NCBI GenBank assembly: GCA_964016885.1
Contig: OZ024740.1
Location: 269,266,001 to 269,330,000, forward strand
DNA length: 64,000 nucleotides
From: Eledone cirrhosa
Lineage: Eukaryota
Direction of reading: 5' to 3'
Position numbers and translations under genes: made by a program. Positions within the stretch are counted from its first letter, which is position 1, and every line of letters starts with the position of its first letter. The notes beneath the pieces were generated by a model. The model was given only the letters and a program-made list of their open reading frames with translations. It searched no databases and was not told the origin of the DNA. This document shows positions 1 to 10,830 of this stretch, piece after piece.

Positions 1-199
1 TTTGATTTTAATATTTCCAAAAGATGACAGTCACAGGTGGCTGGTTTAAGAAAAGTCAACAGGCAAAAATCACAGGGGAACAATACAATGCAACAATGAT
101 ATATATTCATTTAACACATTTCATAGTTAAAAAAGAGTCAGCTGACTGGCAGGAGTAGTTGAAAATATTGTCAAACACTGTTTTTGGCCATAAGGGGGA

Positions 200-580
200 A
201 TCATCATCATCATTGTTTTACATCCGTTTTTCCATGCTTGCATAAGTTGGACGGGTATATTCCAGTACAGGATCTCTCTATTCATCTTGGTCCTTTGTCA
301 ACCTAGCTGTGAGATTCAGTGATTTGAGATAAGCTCTGACAACCATTGCCCAGGTATTTCTTCATTTCTCTCTATTGTAGCTCCCTTCCATTGGGATTTC
401 TTGGCACCACTTCTACTAAGATCACTATCCTTATTCATCATAATCATCTCTCCTGCACACTACATCTGGTTTCCCTTATATCCAACCTTTCATTTAGCTC
501 ATCTATGCTCTGACTTTCACATATGTTAACATTGCACATCCATCAAAGCATGCTTGCTTCATTTATTTCGAGCCTTTGCT
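200..580 (-). mobile_element. Old RTE LINE 3' fragment
   Basis: (CAT)n tail and ccatgcttgcat hairpin at 200-250; degenerate NEASML.WMCN coding at about 520-570 on the minus strand. Confidence 0.7.
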
Positions 581-719
581 ATGTTTTTGTCTGTGTGCAT
601 GTGTGATTGTGTATAAACAGATTAGCCCCGAACAAACAGACTTATGACAATAGGCATTCCAGCCATGATAATTCCATCTATTTTAGTATAGTATATCTAG
701 CCCACAGCTTTCTGCCTCA

Positions 720-1030
720 TAGCTATCCGCCACATGTGCTGGTATGGACATGTCCTCGGCTTTCTACCAGATCATCCTGCTGAGGCCTTGCTCTTGTTCG
801 ATGTGGCGGCAGCAGTCTGGGGTGGCTGTGGGCCCCACATTGGCTGGCTGGATGTCCTCGGGGAGGATCTCTGGAGGCTCAACATCACCTTAGAGGATGG
901 AGAGGAGCTGGCATGAGACCACCAGCAATGAAGGGCAATGGTGGACCTGGTCGGCTTTTTCAAAACAATGTTTTGGCATCGCTGGCTTAGGATGACCCCT
1001 GGCCTTGTCGAGCAAGAGCAAGAAGAAGAA
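720..1030 (+). mobile_element. 3' fragment of a second RTE-like LINE family with (GAA)n tail
   Basis: WYGHVL...HPA...WLDVLGEDL C-terminal LINE motif, then ggcttaggatga...gagcaagaagaagaa. The same tail recurs at about 28135-28222. Confidence 0.6.
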
Positions 1031-1240
1031 ATCTAGGACATCATACAATTTGTCTCCTTTTTTTAAGATAGCAGGCTGTAATAAATTGAGTTTCTTCTTT
1101 GTTCTGTTTCAAAGCATCTTGTCTTTCCTAGCATGTAGCCAGTTCTTGAGATAGGTTGAAACTAAGAAACTCATTACTCATCAAGAAACTTCAGAGTGTC
1201 AGACTATTACATCCTTCAAAATAATATATATATATATACA

Positions 1241-2324
1241 ATTTCACACTATATCATATTTTCACCATTATATATCATATCTTTTCTCTAAAAATCATAC
1301 TTCCCCTATCACCGCATTTTCTCTATCGTAATTTCTTAAACAAAACAAATCTTGTATTTTCGTTTATTGTTAAATTATGCCCAATTTTTTTTTTCTCGAT
1401 TCTTCTCTCCATCCGAACCCATTCATTCAATCACTTCTATGTCCTAATTCCACACTATATCATATTTTCACCATCATATATCATATCTTTTCTCTAAAAA
1501 TCATATTTTCCCTATCACTGCATTTTCTCTATCGTAATTTCTTAAACAAAACAAATCTTGTATTTTCGTTTATTTTTAAATCATGCCCAAAATACGGCGA
1601 TCTTATCTTAAACCTTACATTCTCGCTAACAACCCATTTAAATATAATTTGTTAAACTTGCTAAGTTTTACGCAAATCTTCGAGTACCTATTTAAACTTT
1701 TAACCTCTGCTCCATCCCATATTCTACCCCCTACCCATTCATCATGCTGGTTCCTGCCCCCCCCCCCTCCCTCTCTATACATATAAGATAAAACCCTACC
1801 AAAATTAATCAAAATCGCCAACTCGCTATTTCTGGGATGGCTGTTCCCTTCGGTATAAAGTAACGTTCAAATTTTTCTCGATTCTTCTCTCCATCCGAAC
1901 CCATTCATTCAATCACTTCTATGTCCTAATTTCACACTATATCATATTTTCACCATTATATATCATATCTTTTCTCTAAAAATCATACTTCCCCTATCAC
2001 CGCATTTTCTCTATCGTAATTTCTTAAACAAAACAAATCTTGTATTTTCGTTTATTGTTAAATTATGCCCAATTTTTTTTTCTCGATTCTTCTCTCCATC
2101 CGAACCCATTCATTCAATCACTTCTATGTCCTAATTCCACACTATATCATATTTTCACCATCATATATCATATCTTTTCTCTAAAAATCATATTTTCCCT
2201 ATCACCGCATTTTCTCTATCGTAATTTCTTAAACAAAACAAATCTTGTATTTTCGTTTATTGTTAAATCATGCCCAAAATACGGCGATCTTATCTTAAAC
2301 CTTACATTCTCGCTAACAACCCAT
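1241..2324. repeat. Nested tandem duplication: 688-bp period containing an internal ~206-bp duplication
   Basis: cacactatatcatattttcacc occurs at 1245, 1451, 1933 and 2138. 1241-1637 is nearly identical to 1929-2324. Confidence 0.9.
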
Positions 2325-5300
2325 CATCCCTCCCTCCCGCCCCCACGCACCACCATCCCTCCCTCCCGCCCCCACGCACCACCATTATTACGTGGACCAA
2401 TCATAAGTCAGAGGCCCATACTATCGCTTAACTGGTTGCTTTTCGATATGATGGATGGACTACGGAATTCTGGAGAGTTGAAGAGAGAAAAATGTGGACG
2501 CTCAGCGACAATGCCAAAGATAAAGCCAAATTCACCTCGTGGACGAGAATGCAAGCACTCCTCCTTGTTTCGGCCCAGGATGGCTAACATAACCCCATCC
2601 CCCCCCCCCCCCCCCCCCCCCCGCGCCCCACCGCTCCCACCCTCCAAACGCAATCCAAAACTTCAGAGTTGGTACCATGAATGTAGGCACCTTAAAGGGT
2701 CGCTCTAACGAGGTTGTAGAAATGCTTGAACGTAAGGAGGTCGATGTTTGTTGTATTCAAGAGACCAGGTGGAGGGGAGGGTCGGCTAGATTCATCGTGG
2801 GTAAAGAGCGATGCTATAAGCTTTTCTGGGTGGGAAATGACAATGGGTTGGGTGGGGTAGGAATCATGGTAGCAGAAAAGTGGGCAGATAAGATAATAGA
2901 CGTAAATAGAGTGAACGACAGAATAATTAAAATAAGACTTGTCCTCAATAAAACTACGGTGACAGTAATATCTGCGTACGCACCCCAATCCGGACAGCCC
3001 CGCGCTATAAAAGACAGATTCTACGAGACACTGATGCTCGCTACCTCCCAAATAACCGACAGTGACTATATAGTTATTGCAGGCGACCTAAATGGTCACG
3101 TTGGACAACATTGTGACGGCTATGACGGAATCCATGGAGGCTATGGGTTCGGTACTAGAAATGAGGAAGGCTCCAGAATCCTGGAATTCTGCGACGCAAA
3201 TAACTTAACTATCTGTAACACTAACTTCAAAAAACGAGACAATCACTTGATCACCTATAGATCGGGGGAACACACAAGCCAGGTAGATTATATCCTTACC
3301 AGAAGACGTGACAGAGTGTCTGTTGTTAACACTAAATCCCACCCCCATGAAGAATTCACCTCCCAACATAGACTGATAATTAGCGACCTCATAGTCAGGA
3401 CGAGACGTACTAGACAGCGAAAGAGGACTATCCTCAGGAGAAAAATATGGAAGCTAAAGGACCCCATAGCCAGAAATAAATTTCAAAGCAAATTACTTGA
3501 CGCTTTCGACAGTAAGGAAGAGCAATTAGAGTCGTATAATATAGAGGAACAGTGGGAATTCCTGAGAGCAAACCTGCTGACGGCGGCAGACGAAGTCTGT
3601 GGCTGGAGCAGGCCTGTAGGTAGGAGGAGAGTAACATGGTGGTGGAACAGTAAGGTGGAGGAGTCAATTAAGGCCAAAAAGCAGACTTGGAAAGTATGGC
3701 GGGATGGGGGAAGTAGAGAAGACTATCAAGTGGCCAGGAGGGAAGCTAGGAGACAAGTGTACTTCGCAAGAAGGGAAGCAGAGGAAAGAAAGTTCAAGCA
3801 TGTTCTACAACGTGAGGACCAAAAACGTGAGGTGTTCAGGATTGCCAGGCAATGTGTCAAGGAAAACCGTGATATTGTCGGGGAGAAGTGTGTACTTAAC
3901 GATGATGGCATACTTGCCATCACCGACGCTGATAAGAAGGTAGCTTGGAAGTGTCACTACGAAAGGCTTCTAAATGAGGAGAACAAATGGGAGAAAGACA
4001 GTCTCCCCCAGATCGATCCAATAGAGGGACCAGCAGTGTTAGTTGAAGGTAGTATAATAAGTAAGGCAATCAAAGATATGAAGACGGGTAAGGCGGCTGG
4101 GCCTTCGGAAATAGTTGCTGAGATGCTGAAGGCATCTGGTTCGGTGGGACACACCATGGTCACCCGGATAGTTAACCAAGTCGTACAGAATGGGGTTGTT
4201 CCGAAGGAATGGCGTAGCAGCATCATCGTTAACTGCTATAAGGGAAAAGGAGATGCCCTAGATAGGAGTAACTATAGAGGCATTAAATTAATCGACCAGG
4301 TCATGAAGGTCACGGAAAAAGTAATAGCGCAACTAATCAGAGAGAGAATTGATCTAGATGAAATGCAGTTCGGGTTTGTGTCAGGCAAAAGTACCACAGA
4401 CGCTCTTTTCATTGTACGACAACTACAGGAGAAGTACCTAGCTAAAAGTAAACCCTTATACTTAGCTTTTGTCGACTTGGAGAAAGCCTTCGACAGAGTC
4501 CCCCGTTCCATTATCTGGTGGTCTCTTAGAAAACTAGGTGTTGACGAATGGCTTGTGAGAGCTATACAAGCCATGTATAAAGAAACAGTCAGTAAGGTTA
4601 GAATTAACAACGAATATAGTGAAGAGTTTAGCGTAAAAGTTGGTGTCCATCAGGGCTCTGTACTTAGCCCCCTACTATTTATTATTGCCCTTCAGGCTAT
4701 AACAGAGGAGTTCAAGACCGGCTGCCCATGGGAACTCCTATACGCAGATGATCTAACGCTCATAGCTGAATCAATGACCGAACTAGAGAAGAAATTCCAA
4801 ACGTGGAAGCACGGCCTAGAATCAAAAGGCCTTAAAATTAACCTGGCTAAGACTAAAGTTCTAGTTTGTAGGAAAGAAAATAAGGCGGCGGTCCCATCGG
4901 GGAAATGGCCATGCTCAGTGTGTAGGAAAGGCGTAGGTAGAAACTCCATTTTATGTCCCAAATGCAAAGTATGGGTGCATAAAAGATGTAGTGGGATCAC
5001 AGGTAAGCTAACTAAGAACATAGATTTTACATGTGGCCGGTGCTCTGGTGCAATAAGTAGCAGCAAGTGCCCACAAAATACTAGCTCCTTCAACTGCGCA
5101 GAGGGTTCTATAGAAATAGTGGACAGCTTCCGTTATCTGGGTGACAAAATCAGCAGTGGGGGAGGGTGCTCTGAAAGTACAGTAGCTAGAGTCAGAACTG
5201 GATGGAAAAAGTTCAGAGAGCTTATACCACTATTAGCCGCTAGAGGGTTCTCCCTAAAAATGAAAGGCAGGTTATACGATGCCTGCATACGAACAGCAAT

Positions 5301-6205
5301 GCTGCATGGCAGTGAGACCTGGGCATTGTGTGCAGAGGATATACGCAGACTAGAGAGGAACGAAGCTTGCATGCTCCGCTGGATGTGCAATAGTAATATA
5401 CGTGAACGGCAAAGCATAAACGAACTAAGGAAAAAATTAGAAATAAGAGGGATCAGATGTTGTTTACTCGAGAGAAGGCTACGTTGGTACGGTCACGTGA
5501 TGCGCATGAAAGACGACAGCTGTATAACAAAGTGCAGGGCAATAAAGATAGACGGTAGCCACGGAGTAGGCAGACCCAGAAAAACATGGGACGAGCTGAT
5601 AAATTCCGACCTCACACGCTTACACCTCTCCAAGACAATGTCACTGGACCGAGACCTTTGGCGGTACTCAGTAATAGAGAAGACCCGCCTTACCTAAATA
5701 CAAAGTAAAAACCTACTACAGTCAGTAGGCACCTCTATCAAAACACACCCCCGTCCCACCACCTCCACCCCACCCACACCGCCCCTTTCAATGTAAAGTT
5801 ATGTTGGTCCCACAACATCCAGGCCGAAACAAATGAGATCGTGTAGGTGTCACGACAAAAAACACACAGTCCACGCTGTAAATGTGGCCGTGTAGGCAAC
5901 ACGGTAAAAACCTCCCAGCCCCACACTGTAAATGTGGTTGGTGTTAGGAAGGGCATCCAGCTGTAGAAAACCCGCCAGACAGTCCACGCTGTAATGTGGC
6001 CGTGTAGGCAACACGGTAAAAACCTCCCAGCCCCACACTGTAAATGTGGTTGGTGTTAGGAAGGGCATCCAACTGTAGAAAACCCGCCAGACAGTCCTAT
6101 GCGAGCAAGACAACCACTCTTGCCTCAAGTGGGAAAACCCCCGTCCAAACCCATGCAAGCGTGGAACACGGACGCTAAACCTGATGATGATGATGATGAT
6201 GATGA
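2325..6205 (+). mobile_element. Near full-length RTE-clade LINE, apparently young
   Basis: 5' region, uninterrupted 1006-aa ORF, 3' UTR with a 113-bp tandem duplication, terminal hairpin and (GAT)n tail. Confidence 0.95.
2677..5697 (+). CDS. RTE ORF: APE endonuclease + reverse transcriptase + inserted PHD finger
   Basis: APE motifs CIQET, SAYAP, GDLNG, VDYIL, SQHR; RT motifs NYRGI, QFGF, FVDLEKAFD, GVHQGSVLSP, YADD, FRYLG; C4HC3 finger at 4912-5043; RTE C-terminus RLRWYGHV..GRPRKTW. Confidence 0.95.
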   Translation: MNVGTLKGRSNEVVEMLERKEVDVCCIQETRWRGGSARFIVGKERCYKLFWVGNDNGLGGVGIMVAEKWADKIIDVNRVNDRIIKIRLVLNKTTVTVISAYAPQSGQPRAIKDRFYETLMLATSQITDSDYIVIAGDLNGHVGQHCDGYDGIHGGYGFGTRNEEGSRILEFCDANNLTICNTNFKKRDNHLITYRSGEHTSQVDYILTRRRDRVSVVNTKSHPHEEFTSQHRLIISDLIVRTRRTRQRKRTILRRKIWKLKDPIARNKFQSKLLDAFDSKEEQLESYNIEEQWEFLRANLLTAADEVCGWSRPVGRRRVTWWWNSKVEESIKAKKQTWKVWRDGGSREDYQVARREARRQVYFARREAEERKFKHVLQREDQKREVFRIARQCVKENRDIVGEKCVLNDDGILAITDADKKVAWKCHYERLLNEENKWEKDSLPQIDPIEGPAVLVEGSIISKAIKDMKTGKAAGPSEIVAEMLKASGSVGHTMVTRIVNQVVQNGVVPKEWRSSIIVNCYKGKGDALDRSNYRGIKLIDQVMKVTEKVIAQLIRERIDLDEMQFGFVSGKSTTDALFIVRQLQEKYLAKSKPLYLAFVDLEKAFDRVPRSIIWWSLRKLGVDEWLVRAIQAMYKETVSKVRINNEYSEEFSVKVGVHQGSVLSPLLFIIALQAITEEFKTGCPWELLYADDLTLIAESMTELEKKFQTWKHGLESKGLKINLAKTKVLVCRKENKAAVPSGKWPCSVCRKGVGRNSILCPKCKVWVHKRCSGITGKLTKNIDFTCGRCSGAISSSKCPQNTSSFNCAEGSIEIVDSFRYLGDKISSGGGCSESTVARVRTGWKKFRELIPLLAARGFSLKMKGRLYDACIRTAMLHGSETWALCAEDIRRLERNEACMLRWMCNSNIRERQSINELRKKLEIRGIRCCLLERRLRWYGHVMRMKDDSCITKCRAIKIDGSHGVGRPRKTWDELINSDLTRLHLSKTMSLDRDLWRYSVIEKTRLT

Positions 6206-6337
6206 CATATATATGTATACATATATATATATTTATATATATATATATATATATGATGTGTAAAATGACATAAAATGATGATGATGATATATATATATCC
6301 AGACTTAGAAAATCATCCTTGTACTATTATTATATAT

Positions 6338-8357
6338 ATCAAAGACATGAAGACAGGCAAGGCGGCTGGGCCTTCGGAAATAGTTGCTGAAATGCTGAAA
6401 GCATCTGGAACGGTGGGACACACTATGGTCACCCGGATAGTAAACCAAGTCATACAGAATGGGGTCGTTCCGAAGGACTGGCATAGCAGCATCATCATTA
6501 ACTGCTACAAGGGTAAAGGAGATGCCCTAGATAGGGGAAACTATAGAGGCATTAAATTAATTGACCAGGTTATGAAGGTCACGGAAAAAGTAATAGTGCA
6601 ACTAATCAGAGAGCGAATTGATCTAGACGAAATGCAGTTCGGGTTTGTGTCAGGTAAAAGTACAACAGACGCTCTTTTCATTGTACGACAACTACAGGAG
6701 AAGTACCTAGCTAAAAGTAAACCCCTATACTTAGCTTTTGTTGACTTGGAGAAAGCCTTTGACAGAGTACCCCACTCGATTATCTGGTGGGCTCTTAGAA
6801 AACTAGGTGTTGATGAATGGCTTGTGAGAACTATACAAGCCATGTATAAAGAAACAGTCAGCAAGGTTAGAATTAACAACGAATATAGTGAAGAGTTTAG
6901 CGTAAAAGTTGGTGTTCATCAGGACTCCGTCCTTAGCCCCCTACTATTTATTATTGCCCTTCAGGCTATAACAGAGGAGTTCAAGACCGGCTGCCCATGG
7001 GAACTCTTATATGCAGATGATCTAACGCTCATAGCTGAATCAATGGCTGAACTAGAGAAGAAATTCAAAACATAGAAGCATGGCCTAGAATCAAAAGGCC
7101 TTAAAATTAACCTGTCTAAGACTAAAGTTCTAGTTTGTAGGAAGGAAAATAGGGCACTGGTCCCATCTGGAAATGGCCATGCTCAATGTGTAGGAAAGGA
7201 GTAGGCAGAAACTCCATTTTATGTCCCGAATGCAAAGTATGGGTGCATAAAAGATGTAGTGGGATCACAGGTAAGCTAACTAAGAATATAGATTTTATAT
7301 GTGGCCGGTGCTCAGGTGCAATAAGTAGCAGCAAGTGCCCACAGAATACTAGCTCATTCCATTGCACAGATGGTTCTATAGAAATAGTGGACACCTTCCG
7401 TTACCTGGGTGACAAAATCAGCAGTGGTGGAGGGTGCTCTGAAAGTACAGTAGCTAGAGTCAAAATGGGATGGAAAAAGTTCAGAGAGCTTATACCACTA
7501 TTGGCCGCTAAAGGGTTCTCTCTAAAAATGAACGGCAGGCTGTATGATGCCTACATACAAACAGCAATGTTACATGGCAGTGAGACTTGGGCATTGTGTG
7601 CAGAGGATATACGCAGACTGGAGAGGAATGAAGCTTGCATGCTCCGTTGGATGTGTAATAGTAATATACGTGAACCGCAAAGCATAAATGAACTAAGGGA
7701 GAAATTAGCAATAAGAGGAATCAGATGTTGTTTACTCGACAGCAGACTACATTGGTATGGTCACGTGATGCGCATGAAAGACGACAGCTGTATAAAAAAG
7801 TGCAGGGCGATAAAAATAGACGGTAGCTACAGAGTAGGCAGACCCAGAAAAACCTGGGACCACTTGATAAATTCTGACCTCACACACTTACACCTCTACA
7901 AGACAATGTCACTGGACCGAGATATTTGGCGCTACACAGTAATACAGAAGACCCGCTTTGCCTAAGTACAAAGCGAAACCTACAGTCAGTAGGCACCTCT
8001 AACAAAAATGCACCCCCACCCCCACCCCATCCACACCACCCCTTTCGATGTAAAGTTATGTTGGTACCACAGGATATAGTCCGAAACAAATGAGGTCATG
8101 TAGGTGTCACGAAAAAAAACCCACACAGTCCACGCTGTAATGTGGTTGTGTAGCTAACACGGTACAAACCTCCCAGTCCACACTGTAAACGTGGTTGGTG
8201 TTAGGAAGGGCATCCAGCTGTAGAAAACCCGCCAGACAGTCCTATACGAGCAAGACAACCATCTTGCCTCAAGTGGTGGGAAAATTCCCGTCCAAACCCA
8301 TGCTAGCGTGGAAGATGGACGTTAAACGATGATGATGATGATGATGATGATGATGAT
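6338..8357 (+). mobile_element. 5'-truncated RTE LINE copy, same subfamily as 2325-6205
   Basis: Highly similar RT/PHD/C-terminal sequence with a stop at 7073-7075 and a frameshift near 7170; (GAT)n tail; 5' end abuts (TA)n. Confidence 0.95.
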
Positions 8358-8724
8358 ATTCTCTCATTATTTCAGAATTAACAAATCATGAATGATATAA
8401 TTGCAGCTTATATTTTCAGCTTAAAATATCATTCAGAAACTACTTTACATTCAATTACAAATTTTAAATTTTTCATGGTATACTGCAATACATATATGTA
8501 AGACAGGCAAATCTTTGACTAATAATCTTCAAGACCATCTTTTCAATATCTGAACTTACAAGTCGAGTAATCTGAAATCAACAATAGTTCACTAATTCAG
8601 ACATATATTATTTTGAGTGATCTAATAGTCTGGAGTTTTGGTGATATGTAGTTGTTACTTCACTTTTTTCCTATCTTAGCAACTGCTTATATGCTAAGAA
8701 AACTTCAAAGTAATGGAGTACTTA

Positions 8725-9030
8725 TAGGCCCCCTTCGGTCATTAATGACAATGGTTTTGTACCTAGAAAGTTTGCCACCAACGCACAAGCCTGGGCAAGG
8801 TGTTTTAGTGGAAGACCAGCAGTCACCCGTGCATGCCAGTCTCCCCTCTCTACACCGATATTGTCCAAGGGAAAGGCAATTGCTGATACAGCTTGACACC
8901 AGAAATGTCGCAATTCATTTTTACAACTGAGTGAACTGGTGCAATGTGAAATAAATTGTGTTGTTCAAGAACACAATGCACAGCCTAATGATTGTGAGCT
9001 CAAATCTCTAACCACTAAGCCACACACCTT
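8725..9030 (-). mobile_element. tRNA-derived SINE, family B
   Basis: Minus-strand head gtgtggcttagtggttagag..., body ttcttgaacaacacaatttatttcacattgcaccagttcactcag. Related copies at 9507-9627(+), 21890-22040(+) and 43183-43330(-). Confidence 0.7.
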
Positions 9031-9506
9031 TACAATGGAGTACTAGAAAAGATGAAAGACACTACTACTGTCTGGGGTATACATTAAAACCATGGTGGTA
9101 GTGACATATCCTCCTTCCAATACCTGCTTCCATTTCCTATGTTCTCCTTTTCAGGTATTTCACTGGCATCATTTCTCGTTTTCATATATCCATTTAGAAG
9201 CCTCCACACTTTTATGAACTTGTTTGCTGCTTTGCCTATAAATTTTATTTGTGTGTGTCTGTACAGCTGTGCATATGTGAGTGCACATATAGCTGCATTG
9301 ATATTGTTTGGTTGTTCATACAGTTATATACTCCATAGTATTTTTCAGTGTCAGATTCATTGTGCCATTTCATGTCAGATTCTTATAGAAAAGAGTTATA
9401 GAAAATATTGACCAATATTTGATGATGTTCCCCTCTGTTTAATATCCCTTGCTCAGTCCTTTTCTCCTTAGCCACCATCATATTTGGATTTTCCTCGCTT
9501 TGCAAG

Positions 9507-9627
9507 TGAAGGCATGTGGCTGAGTGGTTAGACGTTTGAATTCACAATCATGAGGTTGCGAGATCAATTCTCAGACTGGGTGATGTATTATGTCCTTGAG
9601 CAAGACACTTTATTTCACATTACTCCT
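9507..9627 (+). mobile_element. tRNA-derived SINE family B, 5' half
   Basis: A-box-like tggctgagtgg, B-box-like gagatcaattc, then gtccttgagcaagacactttatttcac core. Confidence 0.7.
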
Positions 9628-10752
9628 TCTGCCAGGAGTTGCAACAAATAGATAATATCAGCAATGGAAAGACCAATGGAAATGTTATTTCCTAGGTCTG
9701 TTTTGACAAGGTCCACCCCACTCGGGAAGCAGATGAGGTCTGGAATCTTGATCAATCAGAGCAATCTCTTTGCATGACCTTCTACATATACTGCCTTAGC
9801 CTGGTCAACAACCTTTTCATGTCTCTCCTCTCTTTTGAAGGGTAGTTACCAAAAATGCTAGACTTTCCTGTCCTCTTGGCAATTGAACTTATCAATATTC
9901 TGCAAATATTCCTTTAGATTAATTTTCACAGATACAGATCCTTTTCAGTTTCTTGAATTCTGAAATTTACCTTCAGTCTTTCACTTAACTAATTCTGCCA
10001 CATTCTTGCTCTAATGTTACCTGTCCAAACTGAGCTAACATAGAAGAATGGGAAGTAAAACAGTGATGATAGTTGTGGAAATGGTTGCGTTGATGGTGGT
10101 GGTGAATATAATAATGTTTCTTCTTTCATTTAAGCTCAAGTCTAGCAATTTTTTTGGGGGGTAAATTTATAGCAACCCTAGTACTTGACTGGTACTTTAT
10201 TTTTTTAACCTCAGAAGAATAAAAGGCAAAGCTGACCCCAAAAATATTTAACACATAATGATGTGGACATATGATGATGATAATCACAATGGTAATGATG
10301 ATATGATGATGATGATAAAGATGGTGATGATGAATCTCTATCCACCACTGAGAGGTGCAGGAATAGTCTGCCACCAACTGACTGCATAGGAGAAACCATA
10401 AATAATAAATGCCAAAGAATACATTTGAACATTTACTGTTTTACATAAATTTAATTATAAACATAATTATGGAAAAAATCAAACACAAACAAACAAGTAA
10501 ACAATGTTCATAAACAAAAGAGAAACAGCAAAACTAGCAGAATAGCTAAGAAGTTTTAATGACAAAAACATGTAAAATTCATAAATACACACACACTTGT
10601 GTGTTTACATGTGTGTGTGTACATAAGTACGTATAACATAAAATAATGTATGTACATCAAAAATGAATACTCAATACAGATATACAATAAGGTAAACATT
10701 TTACGATGATGAATATGATGATGACGATTTTAAAGAATTTTAATTTACTTAC

Positions 10753-10830
10753 ATTAATCAAGCTTCTTTCAGAGCCAATTAGCGCCATTAAAGCTCCAAG
10801 TGATGATACTCTCTGGAGAGTTGGGGTCTC
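10753..10830 (-). CDS. FOCAD: Focadhesin-like coding exon (last recognised in window)
   Basis: atttag|GAG ... AAT|gtaagt; 78 nt, phase 0-0. ETPTLQRVSSLGALMALIGSERSLIN resembles GTPTMLCLAALHGMVALVGSEGDV. Confidence 0.88.

Noticed and set aside
2040-2447. 222-aa ORF 2040-2708 as a host gene or ORF1
   Set aside because: The first half is translated tandem-repeat sequence across the insertion junction with a non-ATG start. Only the part from 2448 may be meaningful.
2692-5417. Antisense ORFs over the RTE, recurring in each copy
   Set aside because: Shadow frames of the LINE coding sequence; recurrence reflects copy homology only.
8560-8571. Possible 12-nt FOCAD microexon (ttcag|ATTACTCGACTT|gtaagt)
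   Set aside because: Weak pyrimidine tract and no recognisable homology; such matches are expected by chance. Needs RNA-seq.
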